In this document: piece after piece, positions 12,290-24,423 of the stretch | Position numbering within the stretch: position 1 is the stretch's first letter | Layout: every line of letters starts with the position of its first letter | From: Azolla caroliniana | Taxonomy: Eukaryota > Plantae > Polypodiophyta | Direction: 5' to 3' | Assembly (NCBI GenBank): GCA_043228905.1 | Contig: JBHGNT010000011.1 | Location: forward strand, 20,026,001 to 20,090,000 | DNA length: 64,000 bases | Position numbers and translations under genes: made by a program | Notes under the pieces: generated by a model | The model's input: the letters and a program-made list of their open reading frames with translations, nothing else | Databases searched by the model: none | Told to the model about the DNA's origin: nothing

Positions 12290-12657
12290 TAACAATCGAT
12301 AATGGTTCAGTTCGGTTTGAGAGTGTCTAAACCGAACTGTTTAAAAAAATCAAAACGTTAAAACCCCAGTTTCGTGGTTCGGTTTCAGTTTTCAACTTAG
12401 GTCAAAATTCAAAATTTTAAAATATTTCATTATTTTAATTTTTAATTTTTCAAAATTTTAAAGATTTCCTAAAATGTAAGAATAAGGCTTCAAAATGAAA
12501 AGATTTTTTCTAAAAAAAATTACAAATTTTAAAAAATAAACCGTTAAACCATTTAAACCATAGTTTCTAACTGTTGAAACCGAACCGAACTGTTTAAATT
12601 GTTAAGCCACAATTTCACGGTTCAGTTCGGTTCAAACCGAACCGTTGTCGATTGTTA
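12290..12657. mobile_element. hAT-type MITE
   Basis: TIRs TAACAATCGA(T/C)AA(T/C)GGTTC; perfect 8-bp TSD GCAACCAT (12282-12289, 12658-12665). Confidence 0.9.
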
Positions 12658-13049
12658 GCAACCATCGATGTATACAAGGAATTCTTGATCTCCATGAGGA
12701 GATCCATAGTTATGAACCTAATAATGGCTTGACCAGAATTGTTTGAAAGCTTGGAAATGAAATTCAAATATAGTTCTACACAACCTTTGATGCATGCATA
12801 CAAGTAATTGTTCATTTCCCTCTTCACTAGGATCTACCACTAAAAACGTTCCTCTCTAACCTAGTAAAAATCTCTCACCTAACAAAGACTCAACTAGAAT
12901 TATTTGAATGCTGCATTGTGTAGCAAATTCCTATTTTAATCCTTAGTATTGGAAAAGGAAGAAGGAACCAAATTTAGATATGAATAGCATAAATTTCTAC
13001 ATGAATCATGATCCTCTAGAAATAAAATAACAACATATGTAATACATGA

Positions 13050-13715
13050 CATCAAATGCTATGGTAAATGCTCTGATTGATATGTATGCTAAATGTGACA
13101 ATCTTTTGAAAGCAAGACAAGTACTTGATGAGCATCCAATTCAAAATGTCCGTCTCTTGGAATGGTATGGTGGGAGAAAGGATATAGAAGCATTAAGCTA
13201 GTTTGAAGAAATGAAAATCAAAGGATTCTCTCTAAATCCGATAACATTTTTCTTGTGCATTGGCAGCTTGTGCTAACTTAAAAGAACTTAGAAAGGGAAA
13301 AGAAATTCATGATGACATTGTTAATATGGGTTTGCTAGAGAAAAACGTTATCCTTGGCACTGCTTTGGTGGATATGTATGCTAAATGTGACATGTTGAAA
13401 ACAGTACATCAAGTGCTTTATCATATTTGTATCCATGATGTGGTCTCTTGGAATGCATTTGATTGCTGGATATGCCCAATGTGGTGAGGCCCAAGAAACC
13501 ATGAGATGCTTCAACGAAATGAAATGCAAGGATATCCCTCCTAATGTTGTCACTTTCTCATGTATCTTGAAAGTGTATGGCAGTGTTGGGGCCATTCTTG
13601 AAGGAAAACATGTACATGATGAAAATATCCAGAAGAACTTGCTTGGAAAGAATTTGGTGCTTGGCATGACTTTGGTGGATATGTATGCAAAATGTGGTGC
13701 ACTTAGATTGGCTAC
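13050..13715 (+). pseudogene. PLS-class pentatricopeptide-repeat (PPR) pseudogene fragment
   Basis: Repeated (N/T)AL(I/V)DMYAKC, DVVSWN, LIAGYAQCG and PNVVTFSCILK motifs, broken by frameshifts and stops. Confidence 0.88.
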
Positions 13716-14207
13716 AGTCGTTCGGCATGGCTTTACAATATTCATTGTAATATTGGACTACTTTGTATATTGCCTCTGGCCACTTTACTTTTAATACCAA
13801 CGGAGGATATTTTTTCAAAAATAAAAAATGCTATGGTAAATTAATGAATATTATATATGATTGAGGTTACATGTGACATGAAATGAAAAAATTGGGAGCA
13901 AATTGTAATCATGAAGTAGTACTCTTTAACGTGAATTAGATGAACCAATTGATAGAATTTTCTCCTTTCGTCATAATTTAAGGAATTCCTAAACATGAAG
14001 AGGTTCTATATTCACACAAATCTAATTAGGCCACAATGTATGAAAATTGTGCTCATCATCAAATTTATGAATGACTTATAACACTAGTGGGTTCCTCAAT
14101 ATTGAGCATAACCAACAACTTTAAAACTTTGACAAAATGTGAGCTACTTAATTTGTATATTATATGTCACCACCACCTTTCGGGTTAAGTTACTAGATGC
14201 TCGTGAC

Positions 14208-14405
14208 AAATGGTACATGAGTTGGGTTCGAAACATCATTGGATGGTTCAATCCATATTCGATGTGGATGTTGAAGAGATATTTCCTTAGTCCTAGGACG
14301 AGAGAACGGTAAAGGTTGCACCTGTTGTCTACCAATTATCACGCCCATGGTAAACATAGGGTAGCCAAGTACGGAGCAAATAATTATGAAAAGCATCTAG
14401 GTAGG
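14208..14405 (+). pseudogene. Decayed plastid-type 23S rRNA fragment (NUPT), 3' region
   Basis: GGTACATGAGTTGGGTTCGAAACATCAT...CCCATGGTAAACATAGGGTAGCCAAGTACGGAGC...GAAAAGCATCTA aligns by eye with plastid 23S GGTACGCGAGCTGGGTTCAGAACGTCGT...CCCACGGTAAACGCTGGGTAGCCAAGTGCGGAGC...GAAAGCATCTA. Confidence 0.85.
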
Positions 14406-14975
14406 CTGACCACATTGCTCTCCTACTCGTCTAGGTAAGTGTGACCTCCCAAAAGAAAAAACAAACATACATTACAACAGAGTAATTTCCTTTTTGTATA
14501 TATAATAAAAAGAAACTAAACAAAACCGATGATTGTGAGAACTTTTCATTTAAAGCATTGACAACACACATGCTTACTCACTCAATATAATAGCCATTTT
14601 TTAAAATGGGTTCTATGGTCCCAATCCTTAGCTTAAAGGATTTTAAGTGAGCCCACCTTGAATTTGTAATAATGATTTTAGCCAACACCTTCTTCTTCTT
14701 CTTTCCAAAAAAATTAGCCAACACCTTTGATTTCTATTATCTTGGCATCATTAAATCTTGAAGTTTCATAAGTGGTTTTAACATTGATGTTGAAGTGATG
14801 TTTTTGCACCTATTAATACTTCCATGACCAAAATTGTTTAAATACCTTTGTCCTAATCCTTTCATGTTATCAAGATTCTGCTACTGAATTGTTGTTGGAG
14901 TAATCTATCCATGTCTTGTCTTCTATCGGAAATAGTTATACTAGTATTTCACTAAAATTCCTATGTATCTTCATT

Positions 14976-17352
14976 ATGACAAGGAAGAGGCAATGCACCC
15001 ATTACAATTCACTAGTTGTGGTGAATGCATTTGTGATGTTGTGCATGTATCTCAATTTCTTCATTTTTGTAACATCATCACTCTCTAGTAATTATGACCA
15101 CGAGACCAAAGTGACCCTCAAAGAAACTGCAACAAGCCTCGAAATGTTCGTGGACGAGCTTCCAAGAATGCCCATCATCAACGGCTATATCCAAACATCA
15201 TCAGATGGAGAAATTCTCCCTGCCAATCTTACCATTGGCATGTACCTCAAAACATGGGTAATACATAGCTCTATAGTCATAGATTATGCATGAATTTAAG
15301 TTTTTTTTCTTTTTACTTGTTGATCTTCTCTCTTGGAATTTTATAAACCCTTGTAGAAATTCCATAGAGACCTTCCACCATCCCAAGTTTTTGCATTTGG
15401 GAAGTCAAAGGAGGAGGCTACAATTCCTGGCCCAACAATAAGGGCCATGGGTGGAGTAAAGACATATGTGAAGTGGGAGAATCACCTACCCAACCATCAC
15501 CTCTTTGTTGTTGATCCCACACTTGGTGGGCCATCGAATAACACCCAATTAGTAGGTGTTCCTACAGTTGTTCACTTACATGGTGGCGTAACCGAGCCAG
15601 AGAGCGATGGTAACATGCTTGCATGGTTCACTCGTGATTTCAAACACAGAGGCCCCAAGTGGACAAAGGAAGTGTATGAATATGCCAATGTCAAAGAGAC
15701 AAGTAGTATGTGGTACCATGACCACACTGATGCCTACACACGTTTGAATATCTTGGCAGGCCTTGTGGGTGCCTACAAGGTCATTAATCCCACCCTCGAA
15801 TATCATACTTGGAAACTACCCCATAAGAGGTTTGAACTAGAACTTCTCGTTATGGATCGAGACTTTACAAAGATGGGACAAATCTATATGAATTCTACAG
15901 GAAACAATCCTAGTACGCATACTCAATGGCAGGTGATATTTACAAATTATACCATATTTTGCTATATTCAAAAAAATATTAGTTGTTTATACATGTTGAC
16001 ACCAATTTCTTACTATGTCATTGTGTATTATGCCATTCTTGCCTCAATTAAATGCATTAATAGTTGTTTATGCATGTTGACACCATTTTCTTAGTACATC
16101 ACTCTTAATTCTTTTTAGCCAGAGTACTTCGGGGATGTGGTGGTGGTGAATGGAAAGGCATGGCCCTATTTGAAGGTTCAGAGAAGGAAATACCGATTTA
16201 GGATCATTAACACTAGCAATGCAAGGTTCTATGCATTTGCCTTCCACAATGGAATGCATTTTATACAAATAGGGTCTGACAATTTCTATTTGGAGAAACC
16301 AATCCGCATGAAAGAAATTGTAGTGGCTCCATCAGAAATTGTAGATGTCATTGTGGATTTCTCCATATCCAATTCCAATGTTGCAATCCTAACAAATAAT
16401 GCATCATATCCCTTCCCAAATGGAAATCCTGTGAATGAGAGGAATGGCAAGGTGATGAAGTTTTTAATACATAAACAAATTTCACAAGAGACGGCACGAG
16501 TTCCAATGCAGCTCGTCAAAGTGGAGAGGTTGACATTGAACATAACTTATAAAAGGCGAAACATAGTTTTGTACGAGTTTGGTTCACCTAACAGCAAACG
16601 TCCCACTCATCTTTTGATCAATTTCAAGAGGTTTACAGATCCAGTAACAGAGATGCCCACAATGGGAACCAATGAAATATGGCATATCATTAATCTCACA
16701 CCTGACAATCATCCTTTTCATGTTCATCTTGTGGGTTTCCAAGTGGTACATCAACAAAAGCTCAAAGAAACCTTGGGTGGGCTCATAAATTGTGTTGTCG
16801 AGAATCAGGGTGTGGAAAATTGTAATCTTGAGAACTTTTTTGATGGGCCTCCTAAGCCACCATTGGTCAACGAAGCGGGATGGAAGAATGTTTACAAGGT
16901 GAAACCCTTGCACGTGACATCAATTGTAGTGCGTTTCTCACTAATTGATAGTCGCCTCTTTCCCTTTGATCCCACTAAGCAACCTGGTTATACTTACCAT
17001 TGCCATGTAAGCTCTCTCCCTCTCTCTCATCCATTAAAGATCAATATCACTGATATTTATGAAGCTTTTATTTTGTTAGTATGGATAATCTCAAGCTAAC
17101 CATACATATTATAAAGGTCAATAAAATATTTTTAGTTCATTTCATTGATCAAGCTGGGCATCTTGTAGTTGTTAATATATTCTTCTAAATTCTTCCATCC
17201 TTACAAATAGGCAAAATGCATGAGTGTATTCTCATCCTAATCATGAAAAGCTTCATTTTCTTCTTGAAGTGCTAATTATTTGGTTATGCATGGCACAGAT
17301 ACTCGATCACGAAGACAATGCAATGATGCGGCCGTTTCAAATCATCCATTAA
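14976..17352 (+). CDS. LPR1-like multicopper oxidase, paralogue A (about 599 aa, 4 exons)
   Basis: Exons 14976-15257, 15357-15932, 16119-17006, 17299-17352, all GT-AG and in frame. LEMFVDELP start; Cu motifs HLHG, WYHDH, HPFHVH, HCHILDHEDNAMM; QWQPEYFGD; N-terminal hydrophobic segment. Confidence 0.93.
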
Positions 17353-18276
17353 ATGCTTACTCTACTAACTTGAAAACAAATCCTAGCTTTTGAGATTTTA
17401 AACATTCACAAGACAAATGGTTCATGACAATCCGCTTTTGTTTCTATGCATAGAATTGTTAATGATAGGAATAAAATATTCCTTTTCTAGTGTATAGTAC
17501 AAGAAAAAATAAGAATAATAATGTTTTCCTTTTCTAGAAATGTTGTTTCACCAACTATTTTATTTTCCTCAAACCTTATATAGTTTCAATGAGTATTAAG
17601 TTATGAGAAAAGTCTAGTCACAAAAACAACCACCTTTACTAAATACTTCACCTTCATGTCATAATGTTCATTAGTCACTCTCGTTTCACATCTTAGTATT
17701 TATGCTTATTGGCCAAGTAGTTGAACTTGCAACCCTTCCAACTTATTACTCCATGTAGATGAAGATATATTGGTTTCCCTTGTTATCGTGCACACATCAT
17801 AGTCTTGTGATTTTCATATTATTATTAGATGGTCATCATTTTTTGTACGAGGAATGGTCATTGGGATTGTTATAGGGCCAAAGCCATTGGTGCCTCTAGA
17901 ACAAAATGGTAGTGCGATTGTTCTAAACTGCAAGTTGAGATGGTCATTTTGAGTACTTGCAAGATTAAATCGGATATGTGAGATAAAATATATGAGCTAG
18001 TAAAACAAGCTACAATTGAATTGAGTCACCAAAGGATCAAATTTGCGATAGTCTCCAACATGGCTCGAAGCAAATCAAAGGTCATCGATGATGTGCTGAA
18101 AAATTCTGGTAGAAACCCACATTCTTTGGCCATTTAAACAATTGCAATCATGTTGTCTATATACAAGAAACAATGATAAAATTGCAAAATGAATGCATGC
18201 TCATAATGAGAGGAAAATGATGTATCAATACATGATGGATTTGCAAGCAATGGATATTAAATATTTAAAAGAAGAG

Positions 18277-19520
18277 TTACTTGCAATAAATAAAATAACA
18301 TTGCAAATTCAAGATACTTGAATGTAGGAATCGGCAATGGTTCGGTTTAGGCTTGGCCTTATCCAAGCCAAACCGGTTAAGCCTAAACCGTTTTAGGGTT
18401 CTCAAAACTAAACCGAACCGATCCCTAAACTGGTTTGGGACAAAAACACTTTAGAGGTGTGAAGAAACCCAAAAAACACAACTACCACTTCCTTTCCGAA
18501 CCTCAATATGTTCATTCTCAATTGCTATTGCCCATCCCTCAACCACCTTCAGGTCGAGCTTGCTGCGTCTAGGTCCTAGGTCCAAGTCAAGAGAGAAATT
18601 GGAACTAAAATTTTGCCTATATGTACAGAAAGGAGGTCCTCATGATCGTCCACTATGCAGGCTCCTTCTCCCTCTCCGTTCCTCCCTCTCTCGTCACTGA
18701 ACAATATGTTGCTTATGACTTCCTACTAGTCTCTCTCTCAACATCAAGTTCTAACTTCTAACTGTCTAATTTCTAACTTTCTAAACCCTAATTATTAAAT
18801 GAGATAAATGACTTAACCGGTTTGGCAAGGCTCAAGCCGAGCCGAGTCGAGCTCAAACCGATTAGGTAGGCTCAAGCCTAAACCGAGCTGCTAAGCCATT
18901 AAAAACCGGTTTAGGCTTAAGCCGAGTCGTTGCCAAATCCTACTTGGATGCACGAAGTAGTGGCCAAAATGACAATATTAGAATCCAACAAAGAAACACT
19001 AATCAAAACAAATGTTGAAATGAAATCTAGCCTTGAGATAGAAGAAGGAGAAGAAAGAGGAGTTACTTGCAATGAAGAAAATAAGAAGAGTGCAAATCCA
19101 ACATACTCAAATGGCCAAACTAGAGACCAAAATGACAATCTTAGAATCCAAAAAAGAAACACTAATCAAAGCAAATGTTGCAATGAAATACAACCCTGAG
19201 GCAAAAGGAGGTGAAGAAAGACTATTTACTTGAAATGAATTAAGAAAATTACAGCTTTGCAAACCCAAGATATTGAGATGGTTGAAGTAGAGACCAAAAT
19301 GACACTAATAGAATCTCCGAAAGAATCGCTAATTAAAGTGAAATACAATCCAACCTTGAGGCCAAAAATGGTGAGAAAGAGATGGTGCTTGCAATGAAGA
19401 AAATAGCATTGCAAATGCAATATACTCAGATGCCCGATCTAGAGACCAAAAGGACAATATTACAAGTTGAGAAAGAATTGCTAATCAAAACAAATATTAA
19501 AATAAAATCTCAACTTGATA
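18277..19520. repeat. Four degenerate ~160-bp tandem units; the first is split by a hAT element
   Basis: (TT)ACTTGCAAT...GACCAAAATGACA...TAGAATC...CTAATCAAA recurs at about 18277, 19063, 19226 and 19386. Confidence 0.8.
18325..18942. mobile_element. Non-autonomous hAT element, TAGGAATC TIR family
   Basis: TIRs TAGGA(A/T)T(C/T)GGCAA; 8-bp TSD CTTGAATG/CTTGGATG with 1 mismatch; ends similar to 11703-11993. Confidence 0.85.
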
Positions 19521-19579
19521 AGTTCACCATGTTTTATGGATATGTCCTATTGTTAGAGCAGTTTGGAAAAGAATGTTGA

Positions 19580-20070
19580 GAATTTTGTATCCTATTTATT
19601 GTAAACAAGTGTACACGTGGGGTTTTGTGAGATGGGGGGGGCTAGTTGAAGAAATATAGAATTATGAAACAGAGTCTGTCGATTTTCTTCTCCTCTCCGA
19701 TGGAAGACAAGTATAATTTGGATGTCTGTTATATTACAACAAGGTTTGGTCTACAATATCTTCTTTGGTAGTTTGGGTATTGTGGAATGCACGATGTAAA
19801 TGTGTGTTTCAGAAAGTCAAACAGAATGTGGTTGAGTTAGTGAGGGAGATATGGTTGATGTTTCTACATACTCTAAGAGGTCAATATGAGGCAATAACCG
19901 GTGAGCCTGATGTTGTGTTTCATGAGCAACATTTTGGTGAAATGTGAAAAAAGGCAAAGGTTTGCACCTCTTTTGGAGAGAGAATAAAGTGGAGCTATGC
20001 TCCACCAAGATGGTTTTTTCCACCCGGTGTCTTGGAAGGACCCCGATTTCATGCTTAGGTAGATCATTGA
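19580..20070 (+). mobile_element. LINE (L1-like) ORF2 C-terminal remnant
   Basis: VVWVLWNARCKCVF matches the W.IW..R...(I/V)F motif that follows the L1 zinc-finger region; degenerate. Confidence 0.65.
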
Positions 20071-20112
20071 GGGTGTTTGCTACTCGTCATGCTAGTTGAT
20101 AAGGGTATGAAG

Positions 20113-21232
20113 TGTTGTGAATTTGGTCCCTCCTGATGGCATTCAGATGAGACCGATCAGATGAACCAAAGGAAGGAACCGGCCAAACGGATCCGGAAGG
20201 TATGCGGATGGATCTGGTGTGAACCGGATCCATGGACATATCTGTAAATATGTTTCTAGTGTGCATGTCATGGCCATATTTGTAAATAGTCCTAAAGTCA
20301 TATAAATATAAATATGACTTAGGGTAATCACTTTGTAGAGTGAGTTGTTATCGTTATCGTTATACAGAGAGAGAGAGAGAGAAACATAAAGTATTTTCTA
20401 TTATAACCGCCGGTTGGCAAAGACATAGAGCTCGAGGTTGTTCCCTTTGAGTCTCACATTGTATCCTTCCTCTCATAGTGATAGTTAGAGTTTGTGGGCT
20501 CCCGTGGTTTTTCCCTATTAGGGTTTTCCATGTAAACATCCTGTGTCCTCTCTGTTGTCTATGTAAGTGTATTAATCTCCATTTTTGTTTTGTTCTTCCA
20601 TTGAGTGTTCAGCTCGGTTGTGGGCGAGCGCTATTCCTCTCAATCTAGTATCAGAACAAGGTTCTAAACCTTGAAGAAAATGGAAGAGTCATTCGGAAGC
20701 ATGTTCACGCTTACCGGCTCAAACTACCCAGTGTGGACGTTGAAGATGAAGGACATGCTCGTGGTCAAAGATCTCTGGTTGTCGGTATAGTTCAGGGACA
20801 AGAAACTGGACAAGATCGATGCCATGACGTGGGAGGTGATGCATGTGAAGACGACGACATACATTCGGTGATTCATCGACATGAGCCTATACAACAACTT
20901 CAATGAAGAAAGCAAGGCTCATGTGCTTTGGGAGAAAATCGGTGCCATGTTGGAGAGCAAGAACGCCGTAAATTGGGTTTCGGTATTCTGGAAGTTAGTG
21001 AGACTCTGGTACCAAGATGGATCCAACATGGCGGAGCACATGAATGCATTCCAGGGGCTCATAAATCAAACAACCTCGCTGGAAGTACCTCTAGCTAACG
21101 AGGTACTTGCGTTGCTCTTGCTCGGTTCCCTCCCGAATAGTTGGGAGACGCTAGTTGTCACTTTGGGCAACACCAAGCCGGAAGGAAAAGAGTTGTCCCT
21201 AGCAAGGGTAAAATCAAGCTTGCCAGATGAAG
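20113..21232 (+). mobile_element. 5' part of a copia family B element (LTR 20113-20642, degenerate PBS, gag fragment)
   Basis: The LTR is the reverse complement of the family B LTRs; PBS variant TAGTATCAGAAC; gag from ATG at 20680 is near-identical to 23141-23842 in opposite orientation. Confidence 0.88.
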
Positions 21233-24200
21233 AAACTTTTCGGCAACTTTGTCAGTTCATACGTGTGGTTCTCATGCAGGGAATCCATCTCGTCCTGCAT
21301 GACACTCAACCACTTGCGGTTGTGGGTGTCTTTCTTTGCTTCTTCGAAGCTTTCTGGCTCCCCCTCATCGGTCAACAATACGTGCTCTGAATCCAAAAAT
21401 CTCCGGGGGGCTCTTCTCTCTCGAAGGGGATATCTCCATCCTTGGTTTTTGACTACCGATTCCTCCGTTTGTTCCTCATCCGAGTCTGATTCGGGATCTT
21501 GTTTGGTTCTGGTGTCTTCTTCTTCTTCTTCTTCGGTCGGTTCGGTTTCTTGTCCGTATCCGGCCGGTTCGTCGAGTGTCATCTGGTTGCCGACCAACAT
21601 CCGGTTTTCAACCGGGTAGGTCCTTGTGTTCTCAAACCGGTTTTCATTGGATGATCCGGAGTTCATCATCTTCTTCTTTGACTCCTAGTTGGCAATGGTC
21701 TTGTCCTCCATGAAGACTATGTCCCGACTTCGGAACACCTTCTTCTCGACCAGATCCCACACCCGGTAACCGAACTCATCATCGTCGTATCCAAGGAATA
21801 TGCATGGTCTGGACTTCGGATCCAGCTTTGCTCTCTTGTCCTTTGCAACATGCACATATTCGAGACACCCGAACACCTTCAAATGCCGGTAAGACACGTC
21901 CTTACCGGTCCATACTCTCTATGGTGTGTCTCCATCCAAGGGTACTGAGGGTGATCTGTTTATCACGAAAGTCGCCATCATCAGCGCGTCAACCCAAAAC
22001 GTCTTGGGTAACTTGGCATGTGCAAGCATGCTACGGACTTTGTCCATTATGGTTCGGTTCATCCTTTCGGTCAGCTCGTTTAGTTCCAGCATCTTCGGCA
22101 CGGTAAATTCGAGTTGGATTCCCTTCGACCGACAGTACTCCTCGAACTGCCCCCAGTATTCTCCTCTGTTGTCCGCTTGAACCGCCTTCAGCTTCCGGCC
22201 GGTTTCTCTTTCCACTCTCGCGTGGAGCTCCTTGAAGACGGATAACACTTGATCCTTTGTCTTCAGTGGTGAGACCCACAACTTCCGACTGTGGTCATCT
22301 ACGAACGTCACGAAGTACTGCGATCCGGCGTGTGAGTTCGTGTCCACTTGACACACATTGGTATGCACCAGCTCCAGTGGTGCATTCTCTCATCGATGGT
22401 CTTGACCAGAAGGAGGTTCGGTTTTGCTTGCTGGCTAAGCAATCGATGCACTTCTCAAGATGCACGTCTTTCACCTCCGGAATGAGGTTGTCTTCGGCAA
22501 GTCTTTTCATCCCCTTCTGGCTCATATGACACAGTCTCTTGTGCCATAGCTCATTGGTAGTGTCGGATGCTACGTTCACTTCTTCTCAGCATATCCGGGC
22601 ATGCATCAGATATAGCGTGTTGATCTTCCAGGCTCGAGCCACAATCAGGCTTCCTTTGCTGAATTTCATGACTCCGTTCCGGATGCTACCCGTGTAGCCT
22701 TCATCATCTAGCCGACTGACTGATATCAGATTCAGTCGAACCTTCGGAACATGCCAGACATCCTTCAGCAGCAACTTGCATCCGGTTTATGTCGTCAACA
22801 ACACATCTCCTATGCCGACAATTCGGCATGTACCTTCATTCCCCATCCGGACACAACCATGATCTCCGGTTGTGTAGGATGAGAAGCATCTCCGGTCCGG
22901 TGTCAGGTGGAATGACGCTCTGGAATCGACAACCCACGTTATCTCGTCGCCGACAAGGTTTAACTCATTCTCCTCAATAATGAGCCTCAATTCTTCTTCA
23001 CTTGTCGCGATTGCCAACATTCCCTTCCGATCCGACCCTTTCCGGTCCGAACCGTTCTTCGAATCGGCACTGTCGGTTTCTTTCTCTTTCCGGAAGTGCC
23101 GACAGTTTTTCTGGAAGTGCCTAGGCTTTGCGCAAGAAAATCAAGTAGGCCTCCCCCTTGACTTTGACTGTGTCCCCAACTTTTCTCGGTTATGGGGACT
23201 CCGGTTCCGTTGGCTTCCTCTTTGTGCTTCTGATTCGGTAAGGAGGGCTTTAGAGTCGGAAATCACTTCTTTGTCTTTACAACGCGCCTCTTCATCTAGC
23301 AAGCTTGACTTGACTCTTGCTAGGGACAACTGCTTTCCTTTCAGCCCGGCGTTGCCCAACGTGACAACTAGCGTCTCCCAACTATCCGGGATGGAACTGA
23401 GCAGGAGCAATGCGAGTACCTCATCGGCGAGAGGTACTTCCAACGAGGTTACATGGTTTATCAGTCCTTGGAAGGCATTCATGTGCTCTGCCATATTGGA
23501 GTCGTCTTGGTACCGGAGCCTCACTAGCTTCTGGAATATCGAAACCCGATTAACAACATTCTTGTTTTGGAACATGATGTCGATCTTCTCCCAGAGTTCA
23601 TGAGCCTTACTTTCTTCATTGAAATTGTTGTACAGTCTCATGTCGATGAAGCACCAGATGTATGACATCGTCTTCATGTGCATCACCTCCCACACTGTGG
23701 CATCGATCTTATCCGCTCTCTTGTCCCCGAACTGAACCGGCAACCAAAGATCTTTAACCACCAACATATCCCTCATCTTCGACTTCCACACCGAGTAGTT
23801 GGAGTCGGTGAGCTTGAACATGCTGCCGAACGACTCTTCCATTTCCTGTGTTGTTCACTCTGATACCAGATTGAAGAGAATACCACGTGTAATATCACGT
23901 GGACACAACCGAGTCTTAGATCACTTCTTTGAGAATCAAACACAGAAATGGGGTTGGAGATTAGTACACATACACACACAAACAATGGAGAGTACACAAG
24001 ATCTTTACGTGGAAAACCCTAATAGGGAAAAACCACGGGAGCCCACAGACTCCAAACTATCACTATATAAGAAAGGTACAATCAGAGACTCGGAGGCAAT
24101 GACCTTGAGCTCTGTATCTCGCCAAGCGGCAGTTACAATAGAATATCGCTCTGTATCTCTCTCTATATATAACAGTTATGCACATACAACAATATGACAA

Positions 24201-24423
24201 CACCCACTTCTGTGATTGCCCTAGGTCATATTTATACTCATATGAACTTAGGGCTATTTACAAATATAGCCTCAATAGGCTTACTCAAAACATATTTACA
24301 AATATGTCTTCTCTTCTGATTCTCACCGGGTCCATCTGATCCGGTTTTCGGATCTCTTCCGGTTCTCACCGGGTCCTCTTCATTCATAATCGGATCCCAT
24401 CCGAAGGGACCGACTTCCCAACA
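21233..24423 (-). mobile_element. 3'-truncated degenerate copia family B element (5' LTR 23872-24423, gag-protease-integrase, start of RT)
   Basis: PBS at 23857-23868; fragmented ORFs 23141-23842, 22787-23020, 21919-22368 and 21214-21669 are colinear with the 26516-30589 polyprotein. Confidence 0.92.
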
